From assembly GCA_963848295.1 (NCBI GenBank), contig CAWKDB010000010.1, positions 64,001 to 128,000 of the forward strand: a stretch of DNA of 64,000 bases. The letters are read 5' to 3'. The position numbers were made by a program, and so were the translations under genes. Under the pieces are notes generated by a model that saw only the letters and a list, made by a program, of their open reading frames with translations, did not search any database and was not told the DNA's origin. Shown here in pieces: positions 1 through 13,065 of the stretch. The stretch is from an uncultured delta proteobacterium (lineage in GTDB: Bacteria; Myxococcota_A; Polyangia; Haliangiales; Haliangiaceae). The number at the start of each line of letters is the position of its first letter. Within the stretch, counting starts at the first letter, position 1.

Positions 1-85
1 GCGCTCCCCATTCCTCGACGCCGAGCGCCGTGAACACACCCACGGGCGGGAACCTAACAGAGATCTGATCTGATAGCTTCACTCG

Positions 86-778
86 GTGGAGGCTCGCGAT
101 CGGTCGCGGTTGGTCGAGCAAAACCTCGCGCTCGCGCACAAGGCCGCCGCGATGATCTACCCGCGCGTCCGCGATCACATCGAGCTGGACGAGCTCGTCG
201 CCCTGGGCAACACGGGGCTCGCCGAGGCCGCGCAGCGCTTCGATCCCGATCGCGGCGCGTCGTTCGCGACCTTCGCGTGGTATCGAGTCAACGGCGCGAT
301 CGTCGACGGCTTGCGCCGACAGACCCAGCTGCCGCGCCGGACCTGGGCCAAGCTGGTCGCGCTGCGCGCCGCGGGCGAATACCTCGAGCAACGCGGCGAG
401 GCGCAAGCAGGTGCGATGCAACGGGGCGCCGCTCCGGTCGAGGGCAGCGATGCGCTGCGCGAGATCCGAGACGCGATGTCCGCGATCCGGACGATGTACG
501 TGACCTCGCTCGACGCGATGCGCGACCGCGGCTTCGACACCGCCGACGGCGCCCCGGCGAGCGACGCCCAGCTCGACACGAGTCGGTTCGCGGCGAAGCT
601 GCGCGCGGCGATCGAAGGCCTGCCCGATCGCGAGCGCGCGCTCGTGACCAAGCACTACTACGAGGGAAAGAATCTGCTCGAGGCCGGCGCGGAGCTCGGG
701 ATCTCGAAGTCGTGGGCGAGTCGGCTGCACGCGCAGGCCGTGGAGAAGCTGCGCATGATCGTCGACGATCCGGGTTAG
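86..778 (+). CDS. FliA/WhiG-family sigma-70 RNA polymerase sigma factor
   Basis: Region 2 GLAEAAQRFDPDRGASFATFAWYRVNGAIVDGLR; region 4 HTH LPDRERALVTKHYYEGKNLLEAGAELGISKSWASRLH. Confidence 0.88.
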   Translation: MEARDRSRLVEQNLALAHKAAAMIYPRVRDHIELDELVALGNTGLAEAAQRFDPDRGASFATFAWYRVNGAIVDGLRRQTQLPRRTWAKLVALRAAGEYLEQRGEAQAGAMQRGAAPVEGSDALREIRDAMSAIRTMYVTSLDAMRDRGFDTADGAPASDAQLDTSRFAAKLRAAIEGLPDRERALVTKHYYEGKNLLEAGAELGISKSWASRLHAQAVEKLRMIVDDPG

Positions 779-836
779 ATGTCGGGGCGCTGCCTACATC
801 GCAGATCGCACACCGGTCGATCTACAATATCGAGGC

Positions 837-3925
<3,089 letters not shown>

Positions 3926-3929
<4 letters not shown>

Positions 3930-4888
3930 AGAGCATCGCGATCGCACTCGCCATCCTGTTCGCAGCGGCGGCCCCGGGCCACGCGGACACGCCGTGGGCC
4001 CAAGGCGTCTCGAAGGCGACGCAGGATCAAGCGAACAAGCTGTTCGATGAAGCGAACACGCTGTTCGCGCAGCAATCGCACACCGCCGCGCTCGAGAAGT
4101 ACAAGGCCGCGATCGCGCTGTGGGACCACCCGCTGATTCGCTACAACATGGCGGTCACGTTGATCCGGCTCGAGCGATTTCTCGAGGCGTCCGACGCGCT
4201 CGAGAAGGCGCTGCGATTCGGCGCCGCGCCGTTCAACAAGGACCTCTACCAGCAGGTGCTGACGAACCAGAAGCTGCTCAACGCGAGCGTCGGCTTCATC
4301 GACTCGAGCTGCGACAAGAAGGGCGCCCACGTCTTGCTCGATGGCAAGCCCTGGTACGACTGCCCCGGTACGAAGAAAGAACGCGTCCTCGCCGGCGAGC
4401 ACGCGGTGATCGGCGAGCTCCAAGGTTATCTCACGAGCTCCGAGAAGATCGTCGTCGCGGGCGGCGCGACGGTGACCGAGAAGGTCAAGCTCATCCCGAT
4501 CGACAGCGCGGTCGCACTCAAGTATCCCCACCCGCGCTGGCAGTCGTGGACGGTCGCCGCCGGCGGCCTGGCGGTCGCGCTCGGCGGCGTCGGCGTCTGG
4601 CTGAACGGCAAGTCGACGATGGACAACTTCGAGGCCGACTTCGCGCGCCAGTGCGCGAACGGCTGCCCGAGTGCGCTCGACACGCCGGACCTCGCGTCGC
4701 TCGAGCGCGAACGGTCGAGCGCCGAGCTGCAAGGTAAGATCGGCGTCGGCTTGATGATCGGCGGTGGCGCGGTCGCGGTGACCGGTATCGTCATGACGAT
4801 CATGAACCGGCCGCGCCGCGTCCTGCCGAACATCGAGGTGATGCCGCAACCCGGTGGCATGGCGGCGAGCTACAGCGGCCATTTCTAG
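3926..4888 (+). CDS. Secreted TPR / PEGA-like protein with C-terminal TM hairpin
   Basis: Signal peptide, TPR-like helices, GAHVLLDGK PEGA-like motif; TTGA overlap with the kinase stop. Confidence 0.7.
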
Positions 4889-4901
4889 CTACGCTGCGGG
4901 C

Positions 4902-5879
4902 ATGAAACACACCACGAAGCTCGGGGCGAACGGGCCCGAGGTCGGTCGCGTCGGCCTCGGCTGCATGGCGATGTCGGGGATCTACGGCGAGACCGACGAC
5001 GCCGCGAGCATTCGCGCGATCCACGCCGCGCTCGAGCTCGGCGTCAACTTGCTCGACACCGGCGACTTCTACGGCATGGGCCATAACGAGATGCTGCTCG
5101 CCAAGGCACTCGCCGGCCGGCGCGACCGGGCGATCGTGTCGGTGAAGTTCGGCGCGCTGCGCGGGCCCGACCACAGCTGGGGCGGCGTCGATACCCGGCC
5201 GGTCGCGGTCAAGAACTTCGCGGCGTACAGCCTCAAGCGGCTCGGCATCGACGTGATCGACATCTACCGCCCTGCCCGACTCGATCCGGCGGTGCCGATC
5301 GAAGACACGGTCGGCGCGATCGCCGATCTCGTCAAGGGCGGCTACGTCCGCTACATCGGGCTATCCGAGGTCGGCAGCGAGACGATCCGGCGCGCCGCCG
5401 CGGTCCATCCGATCGTCGACGTCCAGCTCGAGTACGCGATCGCGACCCGCGGGCCGGAGACCACCGTGTTCCCGACCCTGGCCCAGCTCGCGATCAGCGC
5501 GACGCTGTACGGCGTGTTCTCGCGCGGCCTGCTCACCGGCGGCAAGACCACGGGCAAGGGCGACATGCGCGGTCACCTCCCGCGGTTCGCCGGTGGCAAG
5601 AACGCCGACGTCGTCGGCCGGTTCGCCGCGTTCGGCAAGCAGCGCGACCTGACGCCGGCCCAGCTCGCGATCGCGTACGTGCTCGCCAAGCAGCCCGCGC
5701 TCGTGCCGCTCGTCGGCGCCAAGACCGAGGCCCAGCTGCGCGACGCGCTCGGCGCGCTCGACAAACCGCTCTCGGCCGCGGACGTGACCGCGCTCGAAGC
5801 CGTGGTCCCCGCCGATGCGATCACCGGCACGCGCTACGCACCGGCGCAGATGGCGCACCTCGACAGCGAGCGCGGCTAG
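4902..5879 (+). CDS. Aldo/keto reductase
   Basis: GLGCMAMSGIYG, LDTGDFYG, SLKRLGIDVIDIY, RYIGLSE motifs; start moved to ATG 4902. Confidence 0.9.
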   Translation: MKHTTKLGANGPEVGRVGLGCMAMSGIYGETDDAASIRAIHAALELGVNLLDTGDFYGMGHNEMLLAKALAGRRDRAIVSVKFGALRGPDHSWGGVDTRPVAVKNFAAYSLKRLGIDVIDIYRPARLDPAVPIEDTVGAIADLVKGGYVRYIGLSEVGSETIRRAAAVHPIVDVQLEYAIATRGPETTVFPTLAQLAISATLYGVFSRGLLTGGKTTGKGDMRGHLPRFAGGKNADVVGRFAAFGKQRDLTPAQLAIAYVLAKQPALVPLVGAKTEAQLRDALGALDKPLSAADVTALEAVVPADAITGTRYAPAQMAHLDSERG

Positions 5880-5991
5880 CGTGCCCGACTGCAGCTGGTC
5901 TCGTTGCGCAGCACGAACTGGCCCACGTGCGATCAGCTCTTCGGCGTACGCAGCGGCCCCACCGACGAAGCTTCGACGAGGAGATCCTCGC

Positions 5992-6486
5992 CTACCTCCG
6001 CGCCATGCGAGTCGCAATTCGGTACGTGCTCACGACGAGATCGAAGTGTTTCCGAACATCGACTCGAAACCCATGCCGGACCTGCGGATCGATGATCTCG
6101 AAGCCGTGAGCATCGACCTTTTCGAGCAAGCTCCAGATCGGGGAGAATCGCTCCTCGTCGCCGTCATGAGGGACCGCGATGCCGCCGGTCCCGTCGATGC
6201 AGACTTCGATCGTGAAGCCGGCGAGCGAATGGTGAAATTCGACAGGCTGCCGTCGCGCTTCGATCTCAGCGTCGCGCTCGAAGCTATCGGCAATGCGCGC
6301 AACTCTTCGCGCAGCATCCTCGGTTGACATCCCACGGCCGACAAGCTCGGCGATCCGCGCATCAGCCGTGGTCGCGGGCCGCGGGACCAACGTCAGCTGT
6401 GGCTCGCTGGCCCGGAGCGCGTCCAGCAAGCTACGCTGGACGGCTTGGCCCGGCGGACCGGAGAAGAATTGAAGATCGTAGCTCAC
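5992..6486 (-). CDS. Hypothetical protein
   Basis: Protein-like 164 aa ORF (MSYDLQFF...) filling the gap between genes; no family recognised. Confidence 0.55.
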   Translation of the reverse strand: MSYDLQFFSGPPGQAVQRSLLDALRASEPQLTLVPRPATTADARIAELVGRGMSTEDAARRVARIADSFERDAEIEARRQPVEFHHSLAGFTIEVCIDGTGGIAVPHDGDEERFSPIWSLLEKVDAHGFEIIDPQVRHGFRVDVRKHFDLVVSTYRIATRMARR

Positions 6487-6570
6487 CTACGCGTCAACCT
6501 AACATGCCTCAGTCCTGCCCTTCGCCCGCGCGCCGCGCGCGCTAGCGGGCGCGCGCTACCGCCTTGCGCG

Positions 6571-7701
6571 TCAGCCGACGCGCGCGACGTCGGCCGGCGC
6601 GAGCGTGCCGTGCGACTGGTAGTGATCGAACAGCTGGCCCCACGTCGTGCCGGCTTTCCATTGCTCGAACACGTGGCGATCGCGCAGCGGCCAGCGGTAG
6701 TAGTCGTGATAGGCCTCCGAGCCCATCACGAACAAATTGACGAGTGGCGTGTGGAAGAACAGCTTCTGGAACCGCTTGAGCGGCCCGAACCACATCACGT
6801 CGCCGACCATCGACGCGCCGTTGTCGCCGACCGAGAACCCCCAGCGCTGATCGGCGAGCGCCTCGTCGCCGACGATCTCGATGTTCTCGCGCCGGCCGTT
6901 GCCCAGGCCCTGCTCGTCGGCGAGCTTGATGTACTCGAGCGCCATCGGATCGAAGCCCATCATCGACGCCGCGACCGCATCGATCGCGACCTGATCGGCC
7001 GACGCGAGCATGACGTCCTTGATCACCGGGCGCATCGTGCGCGGGCCCGGGCCATCGCCAGCGGTCGTGCCGTCCATGATCGCGAACAGCCCCGAGTGGA
7101 TCTCGCGCTGGATCGCGAGCAAGTCGACCAGCGTCGCGTGGATCCACGAGTGCGTGTAGTGCCGCTTCGTGTTGAGCAGGCCGCCGAACGCGTTCTTCAT
7201 CGCGCCGGTCGTCGTCGTGTAGATGTGGCACTTGACGGTCGGCAGGTGCACGATGTTTGCGCCGTGGAACGCGTCCGGGATCTGGATGCCCTCGGGGAAG
7301 ATCGTGTCGAGCACGTTCATCTTCGCGCGCGGCCGATACACCGACCAGGTCATGTCCTCGGGCTTGAAGTTGTAGCGGACCGGGATATCGTAGCGCTTGA
7401 AGATCGGGACGTAGCCGTTGAGATCCTCGCCTTTGAACGCATCGGTCACGACGGTCTTGTTCTGCACGCAGATCTGGTCGGCGTAGCCGCGCGCCTTGAG
7501 CGAGCGCACCGTGCCCTCGAGCTGCCACGGCGTCGTGTTCGCCCCGGGGAACGGGAAGTGCCACGAGATGTTGTCCTTGAGGATCGTCTGCGCCCCCGGG
7601 GCGAGCGCCTGCTCCACCCCGGCCAGGCCACACAGGCGATCGACATCGTCGAGGACGCGGTCGGGATGAACGCGGAGGACCGCGACCTTGGAACGAGCCA
7701 T
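6571..7701 (-). CDS. DUF362 domain protein
   Basis: ILKDNISWH, LPTVKCH..TTTTGAMKNAFGG, DQVAIDAVAA motifs. Confidence 0.8.
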   Translation of the reverse strand: MARSKVAVLRVHPDRVLDDVDRLCGLAGVEQALAPGAQTILKDNISWHFPFPGANTTPWQLEGTVRSLKARGYADQICVQNKTVVTDAFKGEDLNGYVPIFKRYDIPVRYNFKPEDMTWSVYRPRAKMNVLDTIFPEGIQIPDAFHGANIVHLPTVKCHIYTTTTGAMKNAFGGLLNTKRHYTHSWIHATLVDLLAIQREIHSGLFAIMDGTTAGDGPGPRTMRPVIKDVMLASADQVAIDAVAASMMGFDPMALEYIKLADEQGLGNGRRENIEIVGDEALADQRWGFSVGDNGASMVGDVMWFGPLKRFQKLFFHTPLVNLFVMGSEAYHDYYRWPLRDRHVFEQWKAGTTWGQLFDHYQSHGTLAPADVARVG

Positions 7702-7756
7702 CTCGAGAACTTAGCAAAAACTTGCCCGCGTAGATCGCAGGTACGAGGCTGGCCTG

Positions 7757-7963
7757 GTGTCCGAGACCCTCTACAGCAGCACCTATACGCCGGATCCCAA
7801 GAGCGCGCGCGACGTGCTCGCGTTCGTGCTGACCCCCGCCGGGGCGTTCGCGCACGCCGACGATCCCGAGGAGCTCGCCGCGGTCGAGGAGCTGCTCGGC
7901 GAAGCGAAGGTCGAGGCCGTCAAGCGTTGGTATGCGCTGCGCGGCGAAGACGTGCGGAGCTAG
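7757..7963 (+). CDS. Small hypothetical protein
   Basis: 68 aa ORF with typical codon bias. Confidence 0.55.
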   Translation: MSETLYSSTYTPDPKSARDVLAFVLTPAGAFAHADDPEELAAVEELLGEAKVEAVKRWYALRGEDVRS

Positions 7964-7982
7964 CCCCGGCCGGTCCGAACCG

Positions 7983-8921
7983 CTAGACCGTCTTCGCAGG
8001 CGTCGGCGGCGCGTAGGTGAACGACATCCGCTCGGTGTAGAGCTCGACCTTGACCATCTTGTGCTCGTCGGTGCCGGCGTCGGACTTGTCGGGCGTGACC
8101 GCGATGATATCGGCGTTGAAGAACTCGAGCGTGAACAAGTCCTTCTTGCCGTTGTCGTAGGTCTGGAGCATGCCGTGCAGTCGGCCCGGCATGTTGCCGT
8201 CGTTGATCATCCGCTTCGTGACGTGATCGAAGAACGGTTGGGCGTCCGCCTCCGGCAAGTAGAACGCGATCGTCGGCCAGTCGATCTGGCTCGGAGTCTT
8301 CGTCGGAGCCTTCACACCACCCATGTGGTACTCGAGCACGTTCTGCTTGATCGTGAACGAGTCGACCTTCGTGATGCGGTGACACGCGTCTTCGAACGTG
8401 TCGACGTGGAACCGGAAGTTTCGCGCGGTCCACAGCTTCTGCTTGTTGAACCCAGCCGGTTGCGGCAGCGCGTGACCGTCGCCCTTCTTGAACACGATGC
8501 CTTCGACCGACAGCCCGATCGTCATGTAGACCGCGGTGCCGTCGTGACCTTCGAGCTTCGGGAATGTCAGCTCTTTGATCATCGCCGCGGTGAACTCGCG
8601 GCGCGCGCGCTCTTTGTAATAGAAGTCCGCGGCGACGATCGCGCCGCTCTTGCGGACGGCGTCACCGGTGAAGAAGTTCGAGATCCAGGTATAGAACGGC
8701 GCGGACATCGCCATGCCGACTTGCAGCTTGATGTCCTCGAACTTCGGCTTGCCGAGCTGACGCCAGCGCTCGTAGGTCGTGCCGTTCTGGTAGGTCATGA
8801 CCTCGGCTTTGACGCCGCCGCCTTCGATCGACCGGAACAGGCCAACGTTGTCCTTGTGGTCGAGCTCGAGCGCGAAGTGCGCGGCGGCGTAGGACCGGTT
8901 CTCGGTGGTGGGTAGTGGCAT
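7983..8921 (-). CDS. T4 gp19-like (CIS-type) tail tube protein with two tandem tube domains
   Basis: N half: HFALELD..GLFRSIEGGGVKAEVMTYQNG..GKPKFEDIKLQVG..WI..RKSGAIV; C half repeats the pattern NFRFHVD..TKVDSFTIKQNVLEYHMGG..PSQIDWPTIAF. Confidence 0.75.
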   Translation of the reverse strand: MPLPTTENRSYAAAHFALELDHKDNVGLFRSIEGGGVKAEVMTYQNGTTYERWRQLGKPKFEDIKLQVGMAMSAPFYTWISNFFTGDAVRKSGAIVAADFYYKERARREFTAAMIKELTFPKLEGHDGTAVYMTIGLSVEGIVFKKGDGHALPQPAGFNKQKLWTARNFRFHVDTFEDACHRITKVDSFTIKQNVLEYHMGGVKAPTKTPSQIDWPTIAFYLPEADAQPFFDHVTKRMINDGNMPGRLHGMLQTYDNGKKDLFTLEFFNADIIAVTPDKSDAGTDEHKMVKVELYTERMSFTYAPPTPAKTV

Positions 8922-9044
8922 GCGGGTTAGGCCTCGCGAACAGTGTACACGGGGGCGTTTCTCGCCTCGCGAGCTAGGCGTGACCTCCCCATGCTACGGT
9001 GATCGGGCGGTTGGTCTTCCTAGAGCGATGGCGCATATCCAGCT

Positions 9045-10067
9045 ATGCATGATCCCGGCGCTGATAACGGATCTGCTGGAAATCTAGACGGAATTCGCGA
9101 AGGGCTGCCCCGCTGGGGGATGGTCAAAGGCGTCGCGACCGGGGCGGTCATCGAGGTCCCGGCGATCGCAGGCGCGGTCTGGTTGCTCGCACGTGTCGGC
9201 GTGGGCAATCGCGCGGAGCCGTACCTGGCCGATCTGAGGCTGACCGCGGTGTTCGCCGGGGTCGCCGCGCTCGTCACCGCGGCCGGGCTCGGCCGGCTCG
9301 CTGCGGTCGCGTCGCTCGACGGCGGCCGCCGGCACGCGATGACAGTCACCGCGCGAGCTCATGCCGCGGCGTCGGCCGCACTCGTGCTGATCGCTGCGAT
9401 CCCGCACGGCGAGCTGCCCGATCACGCGCTCGGCTATGTACCGTTCTTGCTCGGCGGCGCGGTCGTCGGCGCGCTGTGCGGCGCGGTGATCGGCGCGATA
9501 TGCGGCGGCGCGGCGCCGGTGGGAATCGCCGATGTCGTCGCGCTCGCCCGCCGGCCTAGCGAAGCGTTGCGCCAGCTCCTCGATCCGGATGACCTCGTGA
9601 AGATCGGCACGGCGCTGCGCGAACGCACGAGCCACTTGTTGAGCGGGATGTTCGAGCCCGGCCCCAAGCCGCCGAGCGAGCACGACGAAAAGCCACCGCC
9701 CGACGACAAGTCGGGCGAACGCCCGACGCGTAGCGCCGCCGAAGGCGGAGCGAAGGTCGACGACAAGTCGGGCGAACGCCCGACGCGTAGCGCCGCCGAA
9801 GGCGGAGCGAAGGTCGACGACAAGTCGGGCGAACGCCCGACGCGTAGCGCCGCCGAAGGCGGAGCGAAGGTAGACGACAAGTCGGGCGAACGCCCGACGC
9901 GTAGCGCCGCCGAAGGCGGAGCGAAGGTCGACGACAAGTCGGGCGAACGCCCGACGCGTAGCGCCGCCGAAGGCGGAGCGAAGGTAGACGACAAGTCGGG
10001 CGAACGCCCGACGCGTAGCGCCGCCGAAGGCGGAGCGAAGGTAGACGACAAGGTCGAGCCGCCGTGA
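9045..10067 (+). CDS. Multi-pass membrane protein with C-terminal 19-aa tandem repeats
   Basis: About 5 hydrophobic segments, then (DDKSGERPTRSAAEGGAKV)x6. Confidence 0.75.
   Translation: MHDPGADNGSAGNLDGIREGLPRWGMVKGVATGAVIEVPAIAGAVWLLARVGVGNRAEPYLADLRLTAVFAGVAALVTAAGLGRLAAVASLDGGRRHAMTVTARAHAAASAALVLIAAIPHGELPDHALGYVPFLLGGAVVGALCGAVIGAICGGAAPVGIADVVALARRPSEALRQLLDPDDLVKIGTALRERTSHLLSGMFEPGPKPPSEHDEKPPPDDKSGERPTRSAAEGGAKVDDKSGERPTRSAAEGGAKVDDKSGERPTRSAAEGGAKVDDKSGERPTRSAAEGGAKVDDKSGERPTRSAAEGGAKVDDKSGERPTRSAAEGGAKVDDKVEPP
9702..10052 (+). repeat. Tandem array of 6 x 57 bp plus 9 bp; member of the two-hairpin coding repeat family
   Basis: Unit gacgacaagtcgggcgaacgcccgacgcgtagcgccgccgaaggcggagcgaaggt(c/a) starts at 9702, 9759, 9816, 9873, 9930, 9987; units differ only by GTC/GTA. 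Confidence 0.97.
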
Positions 10068-10921
10068 CGAACGAGCAGTCCGATCGAACCGCGCCGCCCT
10101 TCGCCGGCGCGGCTGGTCGGGGGCGAGCCTCGACCGTCGAGGTACGCACGCTCGCGATCGCGTTGCTCGCTTCGCTGCTGCTGTGGAACCTGCCGTTCGG
10201 CGGCGTCGTGCTCTACCCGTTCAAGCTGCTCGCGACCTGGCTACACGAGCTGTCGCATGGTCTCGCGATGATCGTGACCGGCGCGGGGCTCGACCACGTC
10301 GAGATCTATCGCGACACGAGTGGGCTGGCGTATCCGAGCGCCGGCACCGGCGCGTTCGGCAGCGCCGTGATCGCGGCGGCCGGCTACATGGGCACGCCTC
10401 TGTGGGGCGCGCTGCTGCTCGTGATCACGCCGACGCCGCGCGCGGCGCGAACCGCGTTGCTCGTGCTCGCCGGGTTGTTGCTGCTGACCGTCGTCACCGT
10501 GATCACGCCGACCCCGCAGGGGGACGTGCTCGGCCGGTGGGCGCTCGTCGCGATCGCCGCGGCGTTCGCGGTCGCCGCGACCGTCGTACCGGCGCGCTGG
10601 CGGCTCCACGTCGCGCACTTCGTCGCCGCGCAGGCCTGCGTCAACGCGCTACTCGACATCCGCGTGTTGCTCCGGCCATCGCAGGTCGTCGGCGGCAACG
10701 TGACGAACGCGTCGGACGCGCAGAACATGGCGGCGGCGACGTTCGGCACGACCGCGACCTGGGCCGTGTGGACGTGGGCGATCGTGTGGCTCCTGTGGTC
10801 GCTCGCGGTGCTGTTCGTCGCGCTGCGGCTCGTGCGCGCTCGAGCGACGCCGAACGACGATGGCGAGGACCGTCAGCGCGACGAGGCGATCGCGACCGAA
10901 CCGAGCAGTCCACCGAAATAG
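10064..10921 (+). CDS. M50B-family membrane metallopeptidase
   Basis: LATWLHELSHG zinc motif, AAAGY, SDA motif, multiple TM segments. Confidence 0.85.
   Translation: MTNEQSDRTAPPFAGAAGRGRASTVEVRTLAIALLASLLLWNLPFGGVVLYPFKLLATWLHELSHGLAMIVTGAGLDHVEIYRDTSGLAYPSAGTGAFGSAVIAAAGYMGTPLWGALLLVITPTPRAARTALLVLAGLLLLTVVTVITPTPQGDVLGRWALVAIAAAFAVAATVVPARWRLHVAHFVAAQACVNALLDIRVLLRPSQVVGGNVTNASDAQNMAAATFGTTATWAVWTWAIVWLLWSLAVLFVALRLVRARATPNDDGEDRQRDEAIATEPSSPPK
10081..10136 (-). repeat. Dispersed two-hairpin repeat copy, antisense within the M50 gene N-terminus
   Basis: Reverse complement matches 24668-24723 at 48/56 nt without gaps; flanks CCGA (10080) and TCGA (10137) are 57 bp apart. Confidence 0.85.
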
Positions 10922-13050
10922 CCTGGTGCGGCGCGAACGATCGTCTCGGGTGCGTACAGCGTCGCGAGCGCCACGCCGTTGCCGAGCGGTCGGGCGGCGA
11001 CGATCATGCGATAGCGCTGGCGATTGCCGAACGCGTCGGGGAGCTGCGCGACGAGCTCGCTACCGTGCCACGGCGCTGGCAAGGTGACGAGTGGATCGCC
11101 GGCCGCCTCGGTGGTCTCGAACTTGCGCTCGCGCGCTTCGCCCGGCGCACCCTTGGTCAAAGCGGCGAGCGGGCCACGGAGGTCGACCGAGCCCGGGGTC
11201 CAGCCGAAGCGACCCAACACCCACACATCGGGCGCGTAGATCTCGGTACCGGCGACGATCCACCCGGTCGGGGCGACGACGCTGAGGTCGCCAACCGTGC
11301 GGCGCGCGGTGGGCAGCGACGCGTAGCTCTCTGCGACCGACGTCCTCACGACGAGCACCGCGGTGGCGGCGACCGCGGCGGCGAACGCCAGCGCGATGAG
11401 CGGAGCGAGATAGCGCGACACGATCGCCCAGCGCGCATGCGGGGTCAGGGCGGCGCCCGCGAGCGCACCGACCACGAGGCCCGCGCCGTGCGCCCAGTTG
11501 TCGACCATCGGGTACAACATGCCGAACCCGACGAGCGCGACCAGCACGACGCCGATCCGCGCCCACATCCCGCGGCGCATCGCGGTGCGATACAGCCGGC
11601 GATACAGCGTGAGCTCGACGAACCCCGCGCCGAGCAACCCGAAGATCGCGCCCGACGCCCCGGCGGTGACGTCGATATCGCCGTAGTAGCTCGCGATCGA
11701 GCCGGCGATCCCGGCGAGCGCGAAGATCGCGATCGTGCGCACCGCGCCGAACATCTCCTCCGCGAAGCGGCCGACGAACCACAGCGCGATCGCGTTGAGC
11801 ACGAGGTGCACCGTGCCGACGTGGATGAAGATCGCCGCGACGATCCGCCACGGCTCCGCCGGGACGAAGCCATGCACGATCGCCCCGCCGCGAGTCAACG
11901 CGCCGAGATCGCTACCGTCGCCGATAAACAGCGAGATGCACGCGGCAGCGGCGATCATGATCGCGAGCAACGCCTGGGTCGCCCACGGTCCTTGTACGCG
12001 CGGCGGCCGGATCACCTTCGGCGCGGGCGCGGCCTCGACTCTCGCGACGATCTCTGTTGCCGCGCTGCCGAGCTCGGCGCGGCGAGCCGTCGGGAGCTCG
12101 GCGAGCGCTTTTTCGATCATGACGCGCGGCCGGCCACGCGATCGCGAGCGCGCCTTGTCGTAGGCGTCGCGGGCGGCGGGCTCGTCACCCCTGCGCTCGT
12201 GAGCGACCGCGAGCCAATACGTCCGCGCCGCCGCCGTCATGTGGCGCGAGCGCTTCGGCATGACGAGCGCTTCGACCGCATCGACCCGACCGGCGAGCGC
12301 GAGGAACATCAAGCGCCCGCGATGCAGCCACACCGCGGCGTCTTGCCGGCCCTCGCAGACATCTTCGAGTCGGGCGAGCATCGTCGCCGCGCGATCGAGA
12401 TCGCCTTTGCGGCCGTAAGCGCCGAGCAACTCGATCCACACCGGTGGTGCGATGCCGAGCGCGCGGCGCAGCGCGTTGCCGCCGTCGTCGGGAGGCGTCG
12501 CGCCGAACAGGTTTGCTTCAGCGTGAGCGATCGCTTCGTCCCAGCGATACGCGGCGAGGTACAACATCGCGATCCGCTCGTCGATCGCGAGCTTGGCTTC
12601 GGCCGGCGCGCGCTGCTTCGCCATCGTCAACGCGTCGACCGTCCGCTCGATCTTGCCGTCGCGGATCTCGCGCATCGCACCGAGCATGGCCTTCTCGTCG
12701 CCGGCGCCCGAGCCGGGTGCGAGCACATCGGCGACGTCGAGCAAGCGCGCGGCAACGCCGAAATGCTCGGCCGCCGCGAACCGGCGCGCGAGCGTGCGCA
12801 GCACGGGCCCCACGACGAACAAGCAGGCGCCCGCACCGACGCCGATCGCACCCGCGATGCCGAGCAGCTCGCTCTCGGTGTGGCGCCCGATCCAGCCGAG
12901 CGTCGACAGCGCCGCGGACGCCACGAGCATCAGCCCGAACGTGGGCGTGCCCTGCGGCTGCCGGCGGATGAAGAACCAGCCCCAGTAGCCGCCCGCGATC
13001 GCGACCGACATGAGCGCGAGCTCGTAGAGCAGCGACGCTTCGGAAGTCAT
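10873..13050 (-). CDS. Rhomboid-family intramembrane serine protease with N-terminal helical/TPR region
   Basis: PWRIVAAIFIHVG..HLVLN, GASGAIFG, DNWAHGAGL motifs. Confidence 0.85.
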   Translation of the reverse strand: MTSEASLLYELALMSVAIAGGYWGWFFIRRQPQGTPTFGLMLVASAALSTLGWIGRHTESELLGIAGAIGVGAGACLFVVGPVLRTLARRFAAAEHFGVAARLLDVADVLAPGSGAGDEKAMLGAMREIRDGKIERTVDALTMAKQRAPAEAKLAIDERIAMLYLAAYRWDEAIAHAEANLFGATPPDDGGNALRRALGIAPPVWIELLGAYGRKGDLDRAATMLARLEDVCEGRQDAAVWLHRGRLMFLALAGRVDAVEALVMPKRSRHMTAAARTYWLAVAHERRGDEPAARDAYDKARSRSRGRPRVMIEKALAELPTARRAELGSAATEIVARVEAAPAPKVIRPPRVQGPWATQALLAIMIAAAACISLFIGDGSDLGALTRGGAIVHGFVPAEPWRIVAAIFIHVGTVHLVLNAIALWFVGRFAEEMFGAVRTIAIFALAGIAGSIASYYGDIDVTAGASGAIFGLLGAGFVELTLYRRLYRTAMRRGMWARIGVVLVALVGFGMLYPMVDNWAHGAGLVVGALAGAALTPHARWAIVSRYLAPLIALAFAAAVAATAVLVVRTSVAESYASLPTARRTVGDLSVVAPTGWIVAGTEIYAPDVWVLGRFGWTPGSVDLRGPLAALTKGAPGEARERKFETTEAAGDPLVTLPAPWHGSELVAQLPDAFGNRQRYRMIVAARPLGNGVALATLYAPETIVRAAPGYFGGLLGSVAIASSR

Positions 13051-13065
13051 CGGGCCAAACCTAGA

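Noticed and set aside
5880..6030. Frameshifted gene remnant after the aldo/keto reductase
   Set aside because: Several frames give short protein-like stretches, but none can be assigned.
7983..8921. Prophage
   Set aside because: No integrase, capsid, terminase or other phage genes flank the tube gene.
9702..10052. CRISPR array
   Set aside because: Units are contiguous and near-identical with no unique spacers, lie in-frame in a CDS, and no cas genes are present.
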